This document shows positions 13,187 through 25,952 of a stretch of DNA of 64,000 bases, piece by piece (the first letter of the stretch is position 1; each line of letters starts with the position of its first letter). The notes beneath the pieces were generated by a model. The model had not been told where the DNA came from. It did no database searches and worked only from the letters and a program-made list of their open reading frames with translations. Origin of the DNA: Heptranchias perlo (Eukaryota); contig NC_090359.1 in the NCBI RefSeq assembly GCF_035084215.1, positions 15,562,001 to 15,626,000 of the forward strand, read 5' to 3'. Position numbers and translations under genes: made by a program.

Positions 13187-13259
13187 GTTTCCCTAGTGCA
13201 GCGGTTATCATGTTTACATCACTCATGAAAGGTCTCTGATTCAATCCCGGGCGGGACCA
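13187..13259 (+). pseudogene. tRNA-Val(CAC) pseudogene
   Basis: GTTTCCCTAGTGCAGCGGTTATCATGTTTACATCACTCATGAAAGGTCTCTGATTCAATCCCGGGCGGGACCA. Confidence 0.7.
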
Positions 13260-13593
13260 TTATTTGGGAAATTGCTCCGCGTGAATCTCCAGGATGAGTT
13301 TCTTCTCCTGTGAAAAGCGGGCGATAATTGATTTTTCCTGTTAAATTTGGCAACCGCTGCACCACATTCCTTTCAGGGAGAAGGGATGATGGAAGAAAGT
13401 GCCCATGAACCTGATTAAATGAGGCCAAACACAAGATAATATTAAGATATCATCAGCTGAACATTAACATAACCTGAGCTCCGGGATCTGACCGGGTCCC
13501 ATTCCCCCAGAGTGAGGAATGAGCGGGAGGGGAAATTCCACCCGGTTTATATTTTTGTCCAAGGTGATGTCACAAAGTCCAATTTACAGTGGA

Positions 13594-13667
13594 GTCGATA
13601 TAGTTGAGTTTGGAGAGCGTGAGATTGAAGATCTAAAGGTCTCTGGGTTTGATTCTGTGTTCGGTGA
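13594..13667 (+). pseudogene. tRNA-Phe pseudogene (in a duplicate of 6870-7580)
   Basis: GGAGAGCGTGAGATTGAAGATCTAAAGGTC, with flanks matching the 7143 unit. Confidence 0.7.
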
Positions 13668-15365
13668 TTTTTGTTGCTTTGTTCTCGTTCTTTGAGTCGA
13701 TTCTCGCATTTATTTCACTGAAATTTTAACCGGCACAGAAAGGTTGGGGAAGAAATAGACAGGCATCAAGAATGGGAAATATTGATAGTGTCTTTATTGA
13801 GTTTTTATTTCTCTTTTCTCTTCTGCCTTTTTCTCTGGAATTTGTCTCTCTCGGTGCCGGGAGACCATTTGATTTGAGGCATTTGTCCTGAACTGATGTC
13901 TTTTCCACATCTCGGGGCGGTCAGACCCGCTCTGTCTGTTACTACTTGTGACCATTGACGGGAACAGGCCGCGAGTTAAACGTTTATCAGCAAACCGACA
14001 GAGAGATAACACAACGGGAATCAAACCCATTGGGCATGATTTTATCGGGGAGGGGGGTCACGGGGGTCATGAGGTCATGGGTGGGTCAGTCATCGGGGGC
14101 ATCGGCGAGTCAGTCATCGGGGGTCGGGGGTCATCGCGGGGGTCGGAGATCATGGGGTTCGTAGCTCGTGCAGGGGTGTCGGAGATTTGGAGGGGGTCGG
14201 CCGATCGCCTGTGTGGGATCACGGCAGGTTGGCTTGTTGGGCCTGGAGGAAGCACTCCTGCTCCTCCGGGCCCACAAGCTGTGCGATAAAGGCATTTACC
14301 TGCTGTTTCGGGCCTTCTCGCCTCCTCTCATGTGGTGTGAAGGAGAAGGCCCAGGAATCCCGGCCCCCAAGAGTTTAAAATAAAAAAGCTGTAAAAATGG
14401 AGGCCCACATGCTAGCTACATAAAAACTCACACACAGACATATACACACAAACATACACACACCAATAACATGAAAGTAACACAGGACTACTTGACAAAC
14501 AGTATGCTGCAGACAGAGCGAAGCGATCCCACAAACAACGGATCAGATCAAAGCTCTGCAGTCCTGCCACACCCATTTGTGAATGATGGTGGATAATTAA
14601 ACAACTAATGGGAAGAGGCTCTATGAACATCCCCATCCTCAATGATGGTAAAGCAGTTTTCAGACGCTAACTTTTAATTTTATGTCTTCGCCGAGCTTCT
14701 TCCTAAACAAAAACTACAGAGCAAAAAAACAGGTGATTGTCACTTTCAGAATATTATTGTACGGAGACTATTTGAGGACTGGATGCAGAGCAATTGTGAT
14801 TTTTACCAACTGGTGGGTTCGGTGACAGATTCGAAATTCATTCATTTCCCCCGCGCAGGTTCAAATCTGACAGACTTCAGATCCCGTCATTCATCAACCT
14901 GTTTCATCTCTGCGTTTCAAACTTCAACAAGTTTCTTGTAGAATTAATAATTCTTAAGTGAATTAAAATTCCACAGCATTGAGTACCCCGAGTTTTATGC
15001 TCATTTTAATTGATCTGCAAGATTTCACGAAATCTACGACAGAAATGGAAAAAAAATGAGCCAAATTATCCATATTCTGACTCAGTATTTCTGAGTCAAT
15101 CCATGTGTATGTGTGTCTGTCTGTCTGTCTGTGTATGTGCCTCATATTTTCTATATTTTCCTGAGAAGATCTGTCTCTTTCTGTCTCACTCTCTCCCGCG
15201 TTACCCACATCATGATCCAACATGAGATGGAAAAGTGGTCGGTCATTCTTCTTTCAACAGTGGTCCGTGGAAAGTTAAACAAACTGTCATCAAATGAACA
15301 GTTCAAACAGATTCACTGAAACGTGAAGCATCTGTGGTGAATATACGGCAAATATTTGCATGAAT

Positions 15366-15437
15366 TCCTCGTTAGTATAGTGGTGAGCGTCCCCGCCTGT
15401 TACGCGGGAGACCGGGGTTCAATTCCCCGACGAGGAG
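15366..15437 (+). tRNA. tRNA with Asp body and GTT (Asn) anticodon
   Basis: TCCTCGTTAGTATAGTGGTGAGCGTCCCCGCCT-GTT-ACGCGGGAGACCGGGGTTCAATTCCCCGACGAGGAG. Confidence 0.85.
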
Positions 15438-16461
15438 GTTATTGCTGCTTTCGAAGCTTCACTTTCATTTATCTGAAATATTGGATGTTGAAAATACAAT
15501 GAAAAACTGACTCGGCCTTTCCCACTTCCACAAATTGATTTCACAGCGATTTTAAAAATCTGCTCTCTGCCTCACGCTTCAGCTCGATGTCAGAACCACA
15601 ATGATGGGCAAGAAATAAAATGCAGAATCGCGCTGTCACCAGCCCGAAACAGAGAGAGACAGGTCTCGGAACAGGCGCAGACATGAAAGATCTCACATAC
15701 AGCAATGAAAATGATGCATGTTACAGTGAATCTATTTTAACTACTTGTTTGATGACAATTTGTTTAACTTTCCACATGCCACTGTTGAAAGAAGACTTAC
15801 TTTCTATCTCTTTGTTAGTCAAGGTGCAGAGAAAAATTATTTGGGGAGCAGGGAAAAAGTGACAGATAGAAAGAAAGAGAGAGACACTCAGAAACGCATA
15901 CAACAAGTGAGACAGACATAGTCATATTCACACATACACAAACACACACATTCCTAGCTACATAAACACTCGCACACAGACATTGACACACACCAATAAC
16001 CTGAAAGTAACACTTGACAAACAGTGGAGCAGCATGCTGCAAACAGAGCTAAACGATCCCACAAACAACGGATCAGATCAAAGCTCTGCAGTCCTGCCAC
16101 ACCCATTTGTGAATGATGGTGGATAATTAAACAACTAATGGGAAGAGGCTCTATGAACATCCCCATCCTCAATGATGGTAAAGCCCAGCGTGTGAGTGCA
16201 AAGTTTTAGAAACCGTCTTCAGCCAGAAGTGCCGAGTGGATGATCCATCTCGGCCTCCTCCCGAAATCCCCACCATCACAGAAACCAGTCGAACATCGAG
16301 GTGAAGAGTGAAGCTGAGAGCAGATTTTAAAACCGTTGGAATGTCAGTGAAATTAAATTGGGGAAAGTGGGAAACTCCGAGTCAGTTTTACACTGGACAT
16401 TCCGCATCCAATAATGGAGATAAATGAGAGAAAAAGCTTTTCAAGACGGCGAAAGTTTAAT

Positions 16462-16533
16462 CTCCCCGTCGGTGAATTGAACCCCGGTCTCTCGCGTAAC
16501 AGGCGGGGACACTCACCACTATACTAACGAGGA
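16462..16533 (-). tRNA. tRNA with Asp body and GTT anticodon
   Basis: Reverse complement ...GAGTGTCCCCGCCT-GTT-ACGCGAGAGACCGGGGTTCAATTCACCGACGGGGAG. Confidence 0.85.
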
Positions 16534-17574
16534 ACTGCTGCATTGACTGTGCACTCATCCCAGATGGTGTTAGACATGCTTCATGTATCAGTGCATTTCT
16601 TTCAACTATTTATTTTAAGACAGTTTGTTTCATTTTCTCCGGGCCACTCTTGAAAGAACCTTTTACATTTCCATCTCTTTGTTAGACAACGAACAACTGA
16701 CTCTGTCTTTCTTTCGTTCTTTCTTTCTCTCTTATCGTGGTGAGTTGCCCCGCCTTCGTCCGGGGTTTAATTCCCCGACGGGGAGGAAGCATTTTTCAGA
16801 CGCCAACTTTTAATTTTATGTCTTCGCCGAGCTTCTTCCTAAACAAAAACTACAGAGCAAAAAAACAGGTGATTGTCACTTTCAGAATATTATTGTACGG
16901 AGACTATTTGAGGACTGGATGCAGAGCAATTGTGATTTTTGCTAACTGGTGATTAAGGTGACAGATTCGAAATTCATTCATTTCCCCCGCGCAGGTTCAA
17001 ATCTGACAGACTTCAGATCCCGTCATTCATCAACCCGTTTCATCTCTCCGTTTCAAAATTCAACAAGTTCCTTGTCGAATTAATAATTCTTAAGTGAATT
17101 TAAATTCCACGATGTTGAACATCGCGAGTTTTATGCTCATTTTAATTGATCTGCAAGATTTCACGAAATCTACGACAGAAATCGAACAAAAATCAGCCAA
17201 ATTATTCATGTTCTGTATCTCTGTATTTCTGAGTCACTCCATGTGTATGTGTGTCTGTTTCTGTGTGTCTGTGTCTGTTTGTCTGTGTATGTGCCTCATC
17301 GTTTCTATGTTTTCCTGCGTAGGTCTCTGTCTCTTTCTCTCTGAACAGAGTGAGACAGAAAACTGCTCACTATTCCAGGATCATCCTGGAATCCAAAGAT
17401 ATCCCCTGTATCTCTTCTCGACCACAAACCGTCTTCTTGCACCCCCTGCCTCTTCCACCCTCACCAAAAAAATTGCGAGGAGCTCCTGGACTATTCTGTC
17501 ACAAAGATTGAGACCATCCGTTCAGCTGCCGCTCCGGTGGAAAGCTCTCCACTGGATCGGCATACCGAGCACAA

Positions 17575-18625
17575 AAGAAGATGGAGTGGTTGTTGGAGGC
17601 CAATCATCTCAGCCCCAGGACATTGCTGCTGGAGTTCCTCAGGGCAGTGTCTTTGGCCCAACCATCTTCAGCTGCTTCATCAATGACCTTTCCCCCATCA
17701 TAAGGTCAGAAATGGGGATCTTTGCTGACGATTGCGCAGTGTTCAGTTCCATTCGCAACCCCACAGATAAGATGCAGTCAGTGCCCACATGCAGCAAGAC
17801 CTGGACAACATCCAGGCTTGGGCTGATAAGTGGCAAGTAACATTGACGCCAGACAATTGCCAGGCAATGACAATCTCCAACAAGAGAGAGTCTAACCACC
17901 TCCCCTTGACATTCAATGGCATTACCATCGCCGAATCCCCCACCATCAACATCCTGGGGGTCACCATTGACCAGAAACTTAACTGGACCAGCCATATAAA
18001 TACTGTGGCCACAGGAGTAGGCCAGAAGCTGGGTATTCTGTGGTGAGTGACCCACCTCTGGACTCCCCAAAGCCTTTCCACCATCTGCGAGGCACAAGTC
18101 AGGAGTGTGATGGAATACTCTCCACTTGCCTGGATGAGTGCAGCTCCAACAACATTCAAGAATCTCGACACCATCCAGGACAAAGTAGCCCACTTGATTG
18201 GCATCCCATCCACCACCCGAAACATTCACTCCCTTCACCACCGGCGCACAGTGGCTGCAGTGTGTACCATCCACAGGATGCACTGCAGCCACTCGCCAAG
18301 GCTTCTTCGACAGCACCTCCCAAACCCACGACCTCTAACAGCTAGAAGGACAAGAGCAGCAGGCACATGGGAACAACACCACCTGCACGTTCCCCTCCTC
18401 GTCACACACCATCCCGACTTGGAAATATATCACCGTTCCTTCAGCGTTGCTCAGACAAAAACCTGGAACTCCCTACCTAACAGCACATTGGGAGAACCGT
18501 CACCACACGGACTGCAACGGTTCAAGAAGGCCGCTCACCACCACCTTCTCAAGGGCAATTAGGGATGGGCAATAAATGGTGGCCTTGCCAGCGACGCCCA
18601 CATCCCATGAACGATTAAAAAAATA
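17575..18625 (+). mobile_element. CR1/L2-group LINE 3' fragment (paralog of 3290-4340; mirror at ~61735-62790)
   Basis: Same RT motifs and tail as 3290-4340. Confidence 0.85.
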
Positions 18626-18631
18626 CAATAA

Positions 18632-18713
18632 TGGCGCGGGTGGGATACAAAACCATGGGTGCAGAGCACAGTGGATTAGCAGTCCGTTCCCGTAACCACT
18701 CGGCCACCTTGTC
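18632..18713 (-). pseudogene. tRNA-Ser(GCT) pseudogene
   Basis: Paralog of 4348-4429. Confidence 0.75.
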
Positions 18714-18838
18714 GCATGAACAGTGCAAAGAAAGCCCTTTTATTTTGTAAAAGCAAAAGTCTTGGACTGAAAGGTCAGAGTAAGAAAGCCGCTTTTCAAT
18801 CACCAGTTCCCAGATTCTGAGGGCAGCAGAGGTGACAT

Positions 18839-18920
18839 GGTAGTGTGGCTGAGCGGTCGAAGGCGCTGGATTGAGGTCCCAGTCTCTGTCGGGGCGTGGG
18901 TTTAAATCCCACCGCTGCTA
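18839..18920 (+). pseudogene. tRNA-Leu pseudogene (anticodon reads GAG)
   Basis: Full-length Leu body with T-loop TTTAAAT (B-box damaged). Confidence 0.8.
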
Positions 18921-21900
18921 CAATTTGAGGTGCTGGTTGTTTTGGCCTCATCGCTCAGAATCCTTCTTTTCGAAGCAGCGCCATTGCTGTTGTTCAGGCA
19001 CAACTGCCACACCTGATGTCCCTCGTCGTGATCGTTTTGTGGTTAATACTCTGCGTTGTGGTCGCAGTCACCTCCGTGCGAATCCGAGTCTCCACAGAGT
19101 GTCATTTACCGATTTTCTCCATTGCCACATATGCTAAGAGAATGCAGCAAGAAATCAATCTTTCGCACAAGAAATAATATTATTTTGGTGAAACCTTTTA
19201 ATTCCGTCAAATCCCAGCACTCTCACATGCCTGTACTTGATGTTCCACTGTTCAAACCCGCCTCTTCTCCCAGCTTTTTCTTCCTTCCACAGTCAATAGG
19301 CCGCCTTGACTTTCCTCCTTCCATTTCATGGACACTTTCCTGCTCCATTGCCGACTCCAACATTCACTTTCACGATCGCACGCCTTTCAGTTTGTTCTGC
19401 TCCGACCGCTGTTTCTATTGGGCACATGTCCCATTCGCACCAATGTTCATTTGTGCCTTGAAACCAGTCGACACATTTCGATCTGCGTGACCGCTCGACA
19501 GACAAACACGACGAAAGCAGGGCTGGTCTCTGGAAAGACAGCCGCCCGAATGTTCACGAAATTTACTTGGGGAATCTTGTGATCCAGGGGATGGTAACTG
19601 AAGAACTGGTTTTTGTTTTGATGCTTGTTGGCTCTTTTCTCTCAGCAGTTGAGTTGCGTGAGTGACGGGCAGCGCGACAGAGCTGTGAATGGCGGTTGAA
19701 AGGTGCACATTTGGCAAGTTGGGGCGGTGCAGTAAGATCGGAAGTGTTCCGCCTTGATCTTAATAGTTCTGTTGAAGCGTGAGATTGAAGCGAGTCGAGC
19801 ATAAATGTAAAGAGCGCCTGTGGGGAAAAAGGAGCGATTACAGGCCATGAGCGGAAGGTCTTTCAAATTCTCGTGGCGCAGGACGCTGTTTGCGGAAACG
19901 GCAGATTTTAAACGCATGTGTCGGAAAGTAAAGTGCGATCTTGTGTGTGAGAAGAGCACAAGAAAGTTGTGCTTGAAGCTGCGCCCTTGAGGCAAGTTGC
20001 AGGTTGTCAGGAAAACTGCGATAGTGAAAGCTCAAAAATAAACCCAGAAACTGCTGGCAACACTCAGCAGGTCAGGTAGTATCTGTGGGGAGATATTCGC
20101 TTTACCGGGGGCGTCATTGTGCACTTTGATTAATATTAAAGACCTGTACAAGATGGACGGGTTGCACCTCAACAAGGCTGGGACCAATGTCCTCGTAGGG
20201 ATTTTACCCTTGACTTATCAGCGAGCGATACCGGCCTTTACTGGGCCTCAGCTATTTACAATGTATATCAGTGTAAAAAGATCTCTGACGCTAGCTGCGT
20301 GGAAAAGTGAGCTGTGAGGAGGACACAAAGTGTCTGCAAAGGGATACAGACAGGTTACGTGAGTGGACAAGGTGGCAGGTGGAGTATAATGGGGGGAAAT
20401 GTGTGGTTATTCACTTTGATAGGAAGAATAGAAAAACAAAATGTTTTAAAATGGTGAGCAACTATTGAATATTCATGTTCAGAGAGACTTGGGTGTCCTG
20501 GTGCAAGAAACACAGAAAGTTAACATGTTGGTACAGCAAGCAATTAGGAAGGCAAATGGCATGTTGGCCTTTATTGCAAGGGGGCTGGAATACAAGAGTA
20601 AGGAAGTCTTGTTGCAATTGTACGGGGCTTTGGTGAGACCACACCTGGAGTACTGTGTACAGTTTTGCTCTCCTTATCTAAGCAAGGATAAACTTGCCTG
20701 AGAGGCGGTGTAACAAAGCTTCACTTGGAGATGAGGGTGATGATGCCTTTCCTCGTGGACTCTGCCATGCTGTCTGCCAGAAGCATATCCCCGTACACTT
20801 CCAGTCGGTCTGGGTCTATCCAGTCCCACAGAGCCAACGGCAGTTTCATGACAGAGCGCCAGTACCGAATCTGCCCCGGTGACGAGGAGATGTCGACATA
20901 TGTCTTCACCGCCTGGAGGTCATTTGGTGGGCGGATCGCCCGCCGTTTATACAAACCGCGGGAATTTCCCTGCCGTTCATTTCAATGGGAATCAGAATGG
21001 TCTTGGGCTGTAGCACAAAGTGGGTGATAGCGGATAGGCCGCCCATCACACATCCCACCTGATATTCAGTTCCCTTGACTTCAGTGGGACTTGACTGAAT
21101 ATCAGGAGGAAGCTTCAGCGAGCGATACCGGCCGTCAGGCGGTACCGTCCAGGAAGAATTCCTGCCCCAGGTGGTTTTAATAACGAGCGGTCAATCTGCA
21201 AGGCCAGTTTTACACCAGATCACCAAGCAGAAAATGTACCCCAGAGAGTCTGTAATTATTCGTTCTGGGAACGGAAGTATATAGAAATTCAAGACAATAC
21301 ATTTTCTGAATTTGTACATTTCCTGTGACCAGAACCACGACCATCTCCTGTGGAACAAACGGATTTGTGTTAACATTGCAGAGAATCCATTGGAAATCCA
21401 CATTGTGAATTGAAACATTCAGCATTGTACAAATTCCGGATTGGTGTCGGTCATTCAAACATTACCACAGACACTCGCTTTATTTCATCTTATTCATCTC
21501 TCTCCCACCGTGAGATAAATATCTAACCTTCTGACACCAAAATCAACGAGCGACATATGTTTTCATCACGTTCATCGCGAAGAACTAATGGATCATCTTT
21601 AGTACAGCTGATTCAGACCTCTAAGAGGTCTCTTTGGGCCTCTGTGAATGATCAATAAATGGATTGAAAAGGGCAGGTCAGTTAAAATCTGATTTTTTAC
21701 CGTATTAACAAACAGCCAAGTGATTAGGAGATTCTAATTGCCAGTTTAGTGCAGACACCATGTGATGAGTTCAGCACTCACTCGAAAGCAAACTGAGAGC
21801 TGGTCTGTTTCTGGCTCTGTGATATTGGAAGGAGTGACTGGTTGTGTTTCAGGGGTCTGTGTTGTGCTGATGACTGGAGCAGAAAAAAACACCTTTGGGC

Positions 21901-22019
21901 TGAAATCTACACCTGATTCTTTGATGCCTCGTGTGTTTGGACCTTTTGAACATCTGCTTTGCTCAGACAGCCTGTCATTGTCCTTCTTACAGAAACAAAT
22001 ATATGGAAAATATACAATC

Positions 22020-22650
22020 CTAGAATCTCACAGCACAGGAGGCCATTCGACCCATCGTGCAGTGGCCAGCTCTTTGAAGGATGTAACCGATTACTCCCAT
22101 TCCCGTGCTCTTTACCCATAAACTTTGTAATTTTTACCTTTTCAAGTATTTATCCAATTTTCCTTTTAAAGTTACGATTGAATCGAGCTCCACCATCCTT
22201 TGAGGCAGTGCGTTCCAGATCATAACAATTCGCTGTGTAAAAAATCTCCTTATTTTCCTTCTAGTTCTTTTGCCAATCATCTTAAATCTGCGTCCGTTGG
22301 TTGCCGACCCTCCCGCCAGTGGGTGAAGTTTCTCCTTATTCACTCGATCAAAACCCCTCTTAATTTTGAACACGTGGATTACTTCTACCCTTAACCTTCA
22401 TTGCTCGAAGCAGAACAATCCCAGGTTCTCGAGTCTCTCCACACAACTAAACCCCATCCCTGGTATAATTCTGGGAAATCTCCTCTCCATCCTCTCCAAG
22501 ACCTTGACCTCCTTAATAAATTATAGTGCCCAGAATTGGACACAATACTTCAGATGAGGCCTGAACAATGATTTATAAACGTTTCACATAACTTCCTTGC
22601 TTTTGTGCTCTATTTCTCGATTATTAAGCCAAGGAACCGGATGCTGTTTT
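22020..22650 (-). mobile_element. CR1 LINE 3' region (mirror ~58000-58620)
   Basis: Encodes KIKRGFDRVN...FFTQRIVMIWNALP. Confidence 0.8.
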
Positions 22651-22669
22651 AACGGTTTCACCAACTTGT

Positions 22670-23170
22670 GCTGCCGCCCTCCGCTCTGATCCCATTGCCC
22701 GTCTCTCGGTCCTGTCCCCGGGCTCGGGGACTCTCGGCCGGTCCAGGGCCCTTTAAGAGGGACGCGCCACACTGCGCATGTGCGCCGTTTATTTAAATCA
22801 AACCGCGCGATTCAAAGGAAAAGTGACGTCAGTTTCCGTCACAATAAAAACCGCTCGTTCTCAACCGAAAAAACGGAAAGTTTGTCTCGCGACACAACAG
22901 GAAGCGGCCGCTGATCTGGCGGGTGATGTGCGCATGTGCGAACATTCTCCCAGAGTGCAGCGCGGCCCGTCTCACAGATGGGGCCTTTTCTCTGCCGCTC
23001 TGCATTGTGGGAGATTCGGCCGCCATTACGGGCCCGGGTCACCGAGTTCATCCAATCACAGGTGAAGCTTCCCGGATTGGTGGAACCGACAGAGTGCAGG
23101 TGGTCTGTGGAGCGAGAGAATCTCTGAGAAGAGGGGCAGCCAATTGGGGAAATCACAGGAGGTGGTGACC
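22670..23170. promoter_or_regulatory. CpG-island, housekeeping-type promoter (mirror 57480-57980)
   Basis: CpG-rich, with two TGCGCATGTGCG (NRF1-like), TGACGTCA (CRE), TCTCGCGACA, GCCGCCAT (YY1-like) and several CCAAT boxes. Confidence 0.65.
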
Positions 23171-25952
23171 GGTCATAAACCCAATCGGTGAATGACGGAT
23201 TGAACCAAGGAAAGGAATGAAGAAACTCGACTGGGACCTGTGGGAACAGGCGGACTAATAAATTTAACCCGTGTCCAGTTCAGGTCACCACATTACAGGA
23301 AAGATGGGATTGGACCAGAGAGGGTCCAGAGGAGATTTACAAGGATGGTCCAGGACTGGAGAATTTTAGCAATGAGGAAGGATTGGATCGGCTGGAGTTG
23401 TTTTCATTGGAACAGAGGAGGCTGAGGGGGGGGATTTAATTGAGGTGTATAAAATTATTGGGGGCCACGCGGACTGCGTCACTTCAAGGCGGCAACTCAC
23501 CCCCACCTTCTCAAAGGCAAATGGGATGGGCAATAAATGCTGCCCTTGCCAGTAACACCCACATCCCATGAACAAATAAAAAAAGAATATGAAGGTCCTA
23601 TATCCCTTAGCAGAGAGGCCAATAACCGGGGGGCATATATTTCAAATAATTGGAAGAATTCGAGGGGATCTGGGGATAATTTTTTTCACCCAGAGGGTGG
23701 TGTGGGTTTGAACCTGACTCGCTGAAAGGGTGGTGGAGGCAGAAACCGACATCGCTTTTTATAAGTACTTGGATGCGCACTTGAAGTCCCGTCACCTGCA
23801 AGGCTGCGGACCAAGACCAAGAGTGCGATTAGGCTGGATAGCTTTTTCAGCTGGCACAGACAATGGGCCGAATAGCCTCCTTCTGTGCTGTAAATTTCTA
23901 TGATTCTATAACCCCTAGGTTCAAATGTAACATGGCAAAAGATACATGTCTACGGTTCAAAAAAATATCTTTATAGGGAGGGGACAATGTAGAGTTCTGC
24001 CCGAAAATGTTGTTCACACAGACTCCATGAATTATTTTAAATGGGAATAATAGTGGAGGCACCTTGGAACAGAGGAACATTAAAGTGGACGAGGGGGCGA
24101 GAGGAAAGTCACCTGTTTCTGTCCTGTAAGATCCTAAGCTTCATTGAGAATGAATTCATGAAGCATTTCTACATGGTATTTTGTTGCAACATTTTAAAAA
24201 TACCCCAAAGTAGTTCTCCTGGTGTCCTGGCCAGTATATCCAGTTTGTAAAGCCTCCCTGAAATGTTTACATGTAAATCAGACAACAGTCAGAAGAGGGT
24301 AGGATGGCCCTACACTACACTACAATGTATTGTCATCTATTGGGTTTAATGTTTCCTAACATTATTTATCAATAGTGTGAGGAAGCTCAGAGTGAAAGTG
24401 AGGAGGGGCCGTCTGACTGCAGTTTCCACTGGAAGAAAAATCACCTTGTGTGTAGTGAGCAGAAATGAATTGCTATTGTTAAAAGTTCCCACTAACTTAT
24501 TGTGATTCTACTGCAACAGAACGAGCCTGGATCTCCTGCTATGTTTAAACACTAAACTTCAGTGATTATAGCTTAAGTAAAATATTACTATGATTTGATT
24601 TAAATGGAGAAGTGGTTTCCACCTGCCAAAGAATGTTGTCTGAAGCGAGGGTGTTTACTGCTAACAGCTCCCATCCTGTTTAATAGACCCCCTGAATGTC
24701 TGATTTACCAAAAAGAAAAACCCAGCTCAATAAAGATAAACAAATATGCTCTTATTAAATCTGAAGAACATTTTATGAACAAATTTCAGTATTTCAAAGG
24801 CAAGGTTGTCCCAGACATGGATTGTACCCAATTCACTGTAAAGTTATAAAGACACAGCCAGTTTAACGACCAGGGGACATAACCTCGAAGTTCGAATTAG
24901 GACTTCCAGGAATGAAGTTAAGAGACACTTCTACACACAACGAGTGGGAGAAGTTAGGAACACTCTTCCACAAATGGCAGTTGATGCTAGCTCAATTGTT
25001 AAATCTATTATCTCAGGTTAAAATTTTGTGAATCAAAAAGGTAAGGGATATGACTAAGGCAGGTATATGGAGTTATGTCACAGATCAACCATGATCTCAT
25101 TGAATGGTGGACCAGGCGAGAGGGGCTAAATGGCCAACTCCTGTTCCGATTGCCACCCCTCAAATATAGTGAATGATAAACAATAACGTAATCTGAAAAA
25201 TAGGACTAACCACTTACAATACAATCCTGAGGGCCTGCCGTGAGGGGAAGCTGAGGATAACGAAACTTCAGTCTGTGCTCACGAGAAGACAGGTGAAATT
25301 CAAATCCAACAGAGGTAAATCACAACCGCTGGGCTCCCCGTCCCTCGCACTCTGTGCCTGTACCCAATGAGCACAACATTGCCCCCTGTGAACATTAATC
25401 TTTACACTGGGCATTGGAAATTTACTTGGAGCCCCAGCCCAACAAAACAAAGATCTTCACATCAGGGGCAGAGATCTTCAATCTTGGAAGAGAGTTCAAG
25501 TCCACCCACTTTCAATCCTATTGGTGTTTGGACAATGAGCTCCAAATGGGAAAGTTTAGGAGTTTGGAGCCCATGTGCGGATTCGAGTGATCAATGGCCA
25601 CAGAGCACCAAGGGAATGATTGTGCAGTCAACCACCCGGCACCAGTACTTCAGGCCAGTCCCACTGTCCCTTCAGAGCTCATTGACCTGCACAATGAGGG
25701 CCTGGCAAGCCTTCACCCATTGCTGCAGCCATCCCTGGACTGGGCCTGGATACACTATTACCAGCCATTCTGCCACGAGTTACATGGACCCATTTCAACC
25801 CATTTCACTAACAGGAGGAACTGACGGAGGAGTGCAGTGTGTTACTAACACGGTATTGAGCACTCATTGTGTCGTTGACTGGAGACAGTGAGAAATGAGC
25901 AACCAGCCATGAGAAGATACAAGTGGTCACTGCTTTATTGGTCATTTGATAA

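Noticed and set aside
17094-17840. 248-aa ORF
   Set aside because: A chance fusion of low-complexity sequence, an L2 piece and a frameshifted LINE RT.
18839-18920. Unusual tRNA-Leu(GAG)
   Set aside because: The B-box and anticodon stem are damaged and the mirror copy has TAG, so this is simple decay.
25367-25891. 174-aa ORF conserved in both arms
   Set aside because: No recognisable domain. Conservation is explained by the recent duplication, and it may be an old TE remnant.
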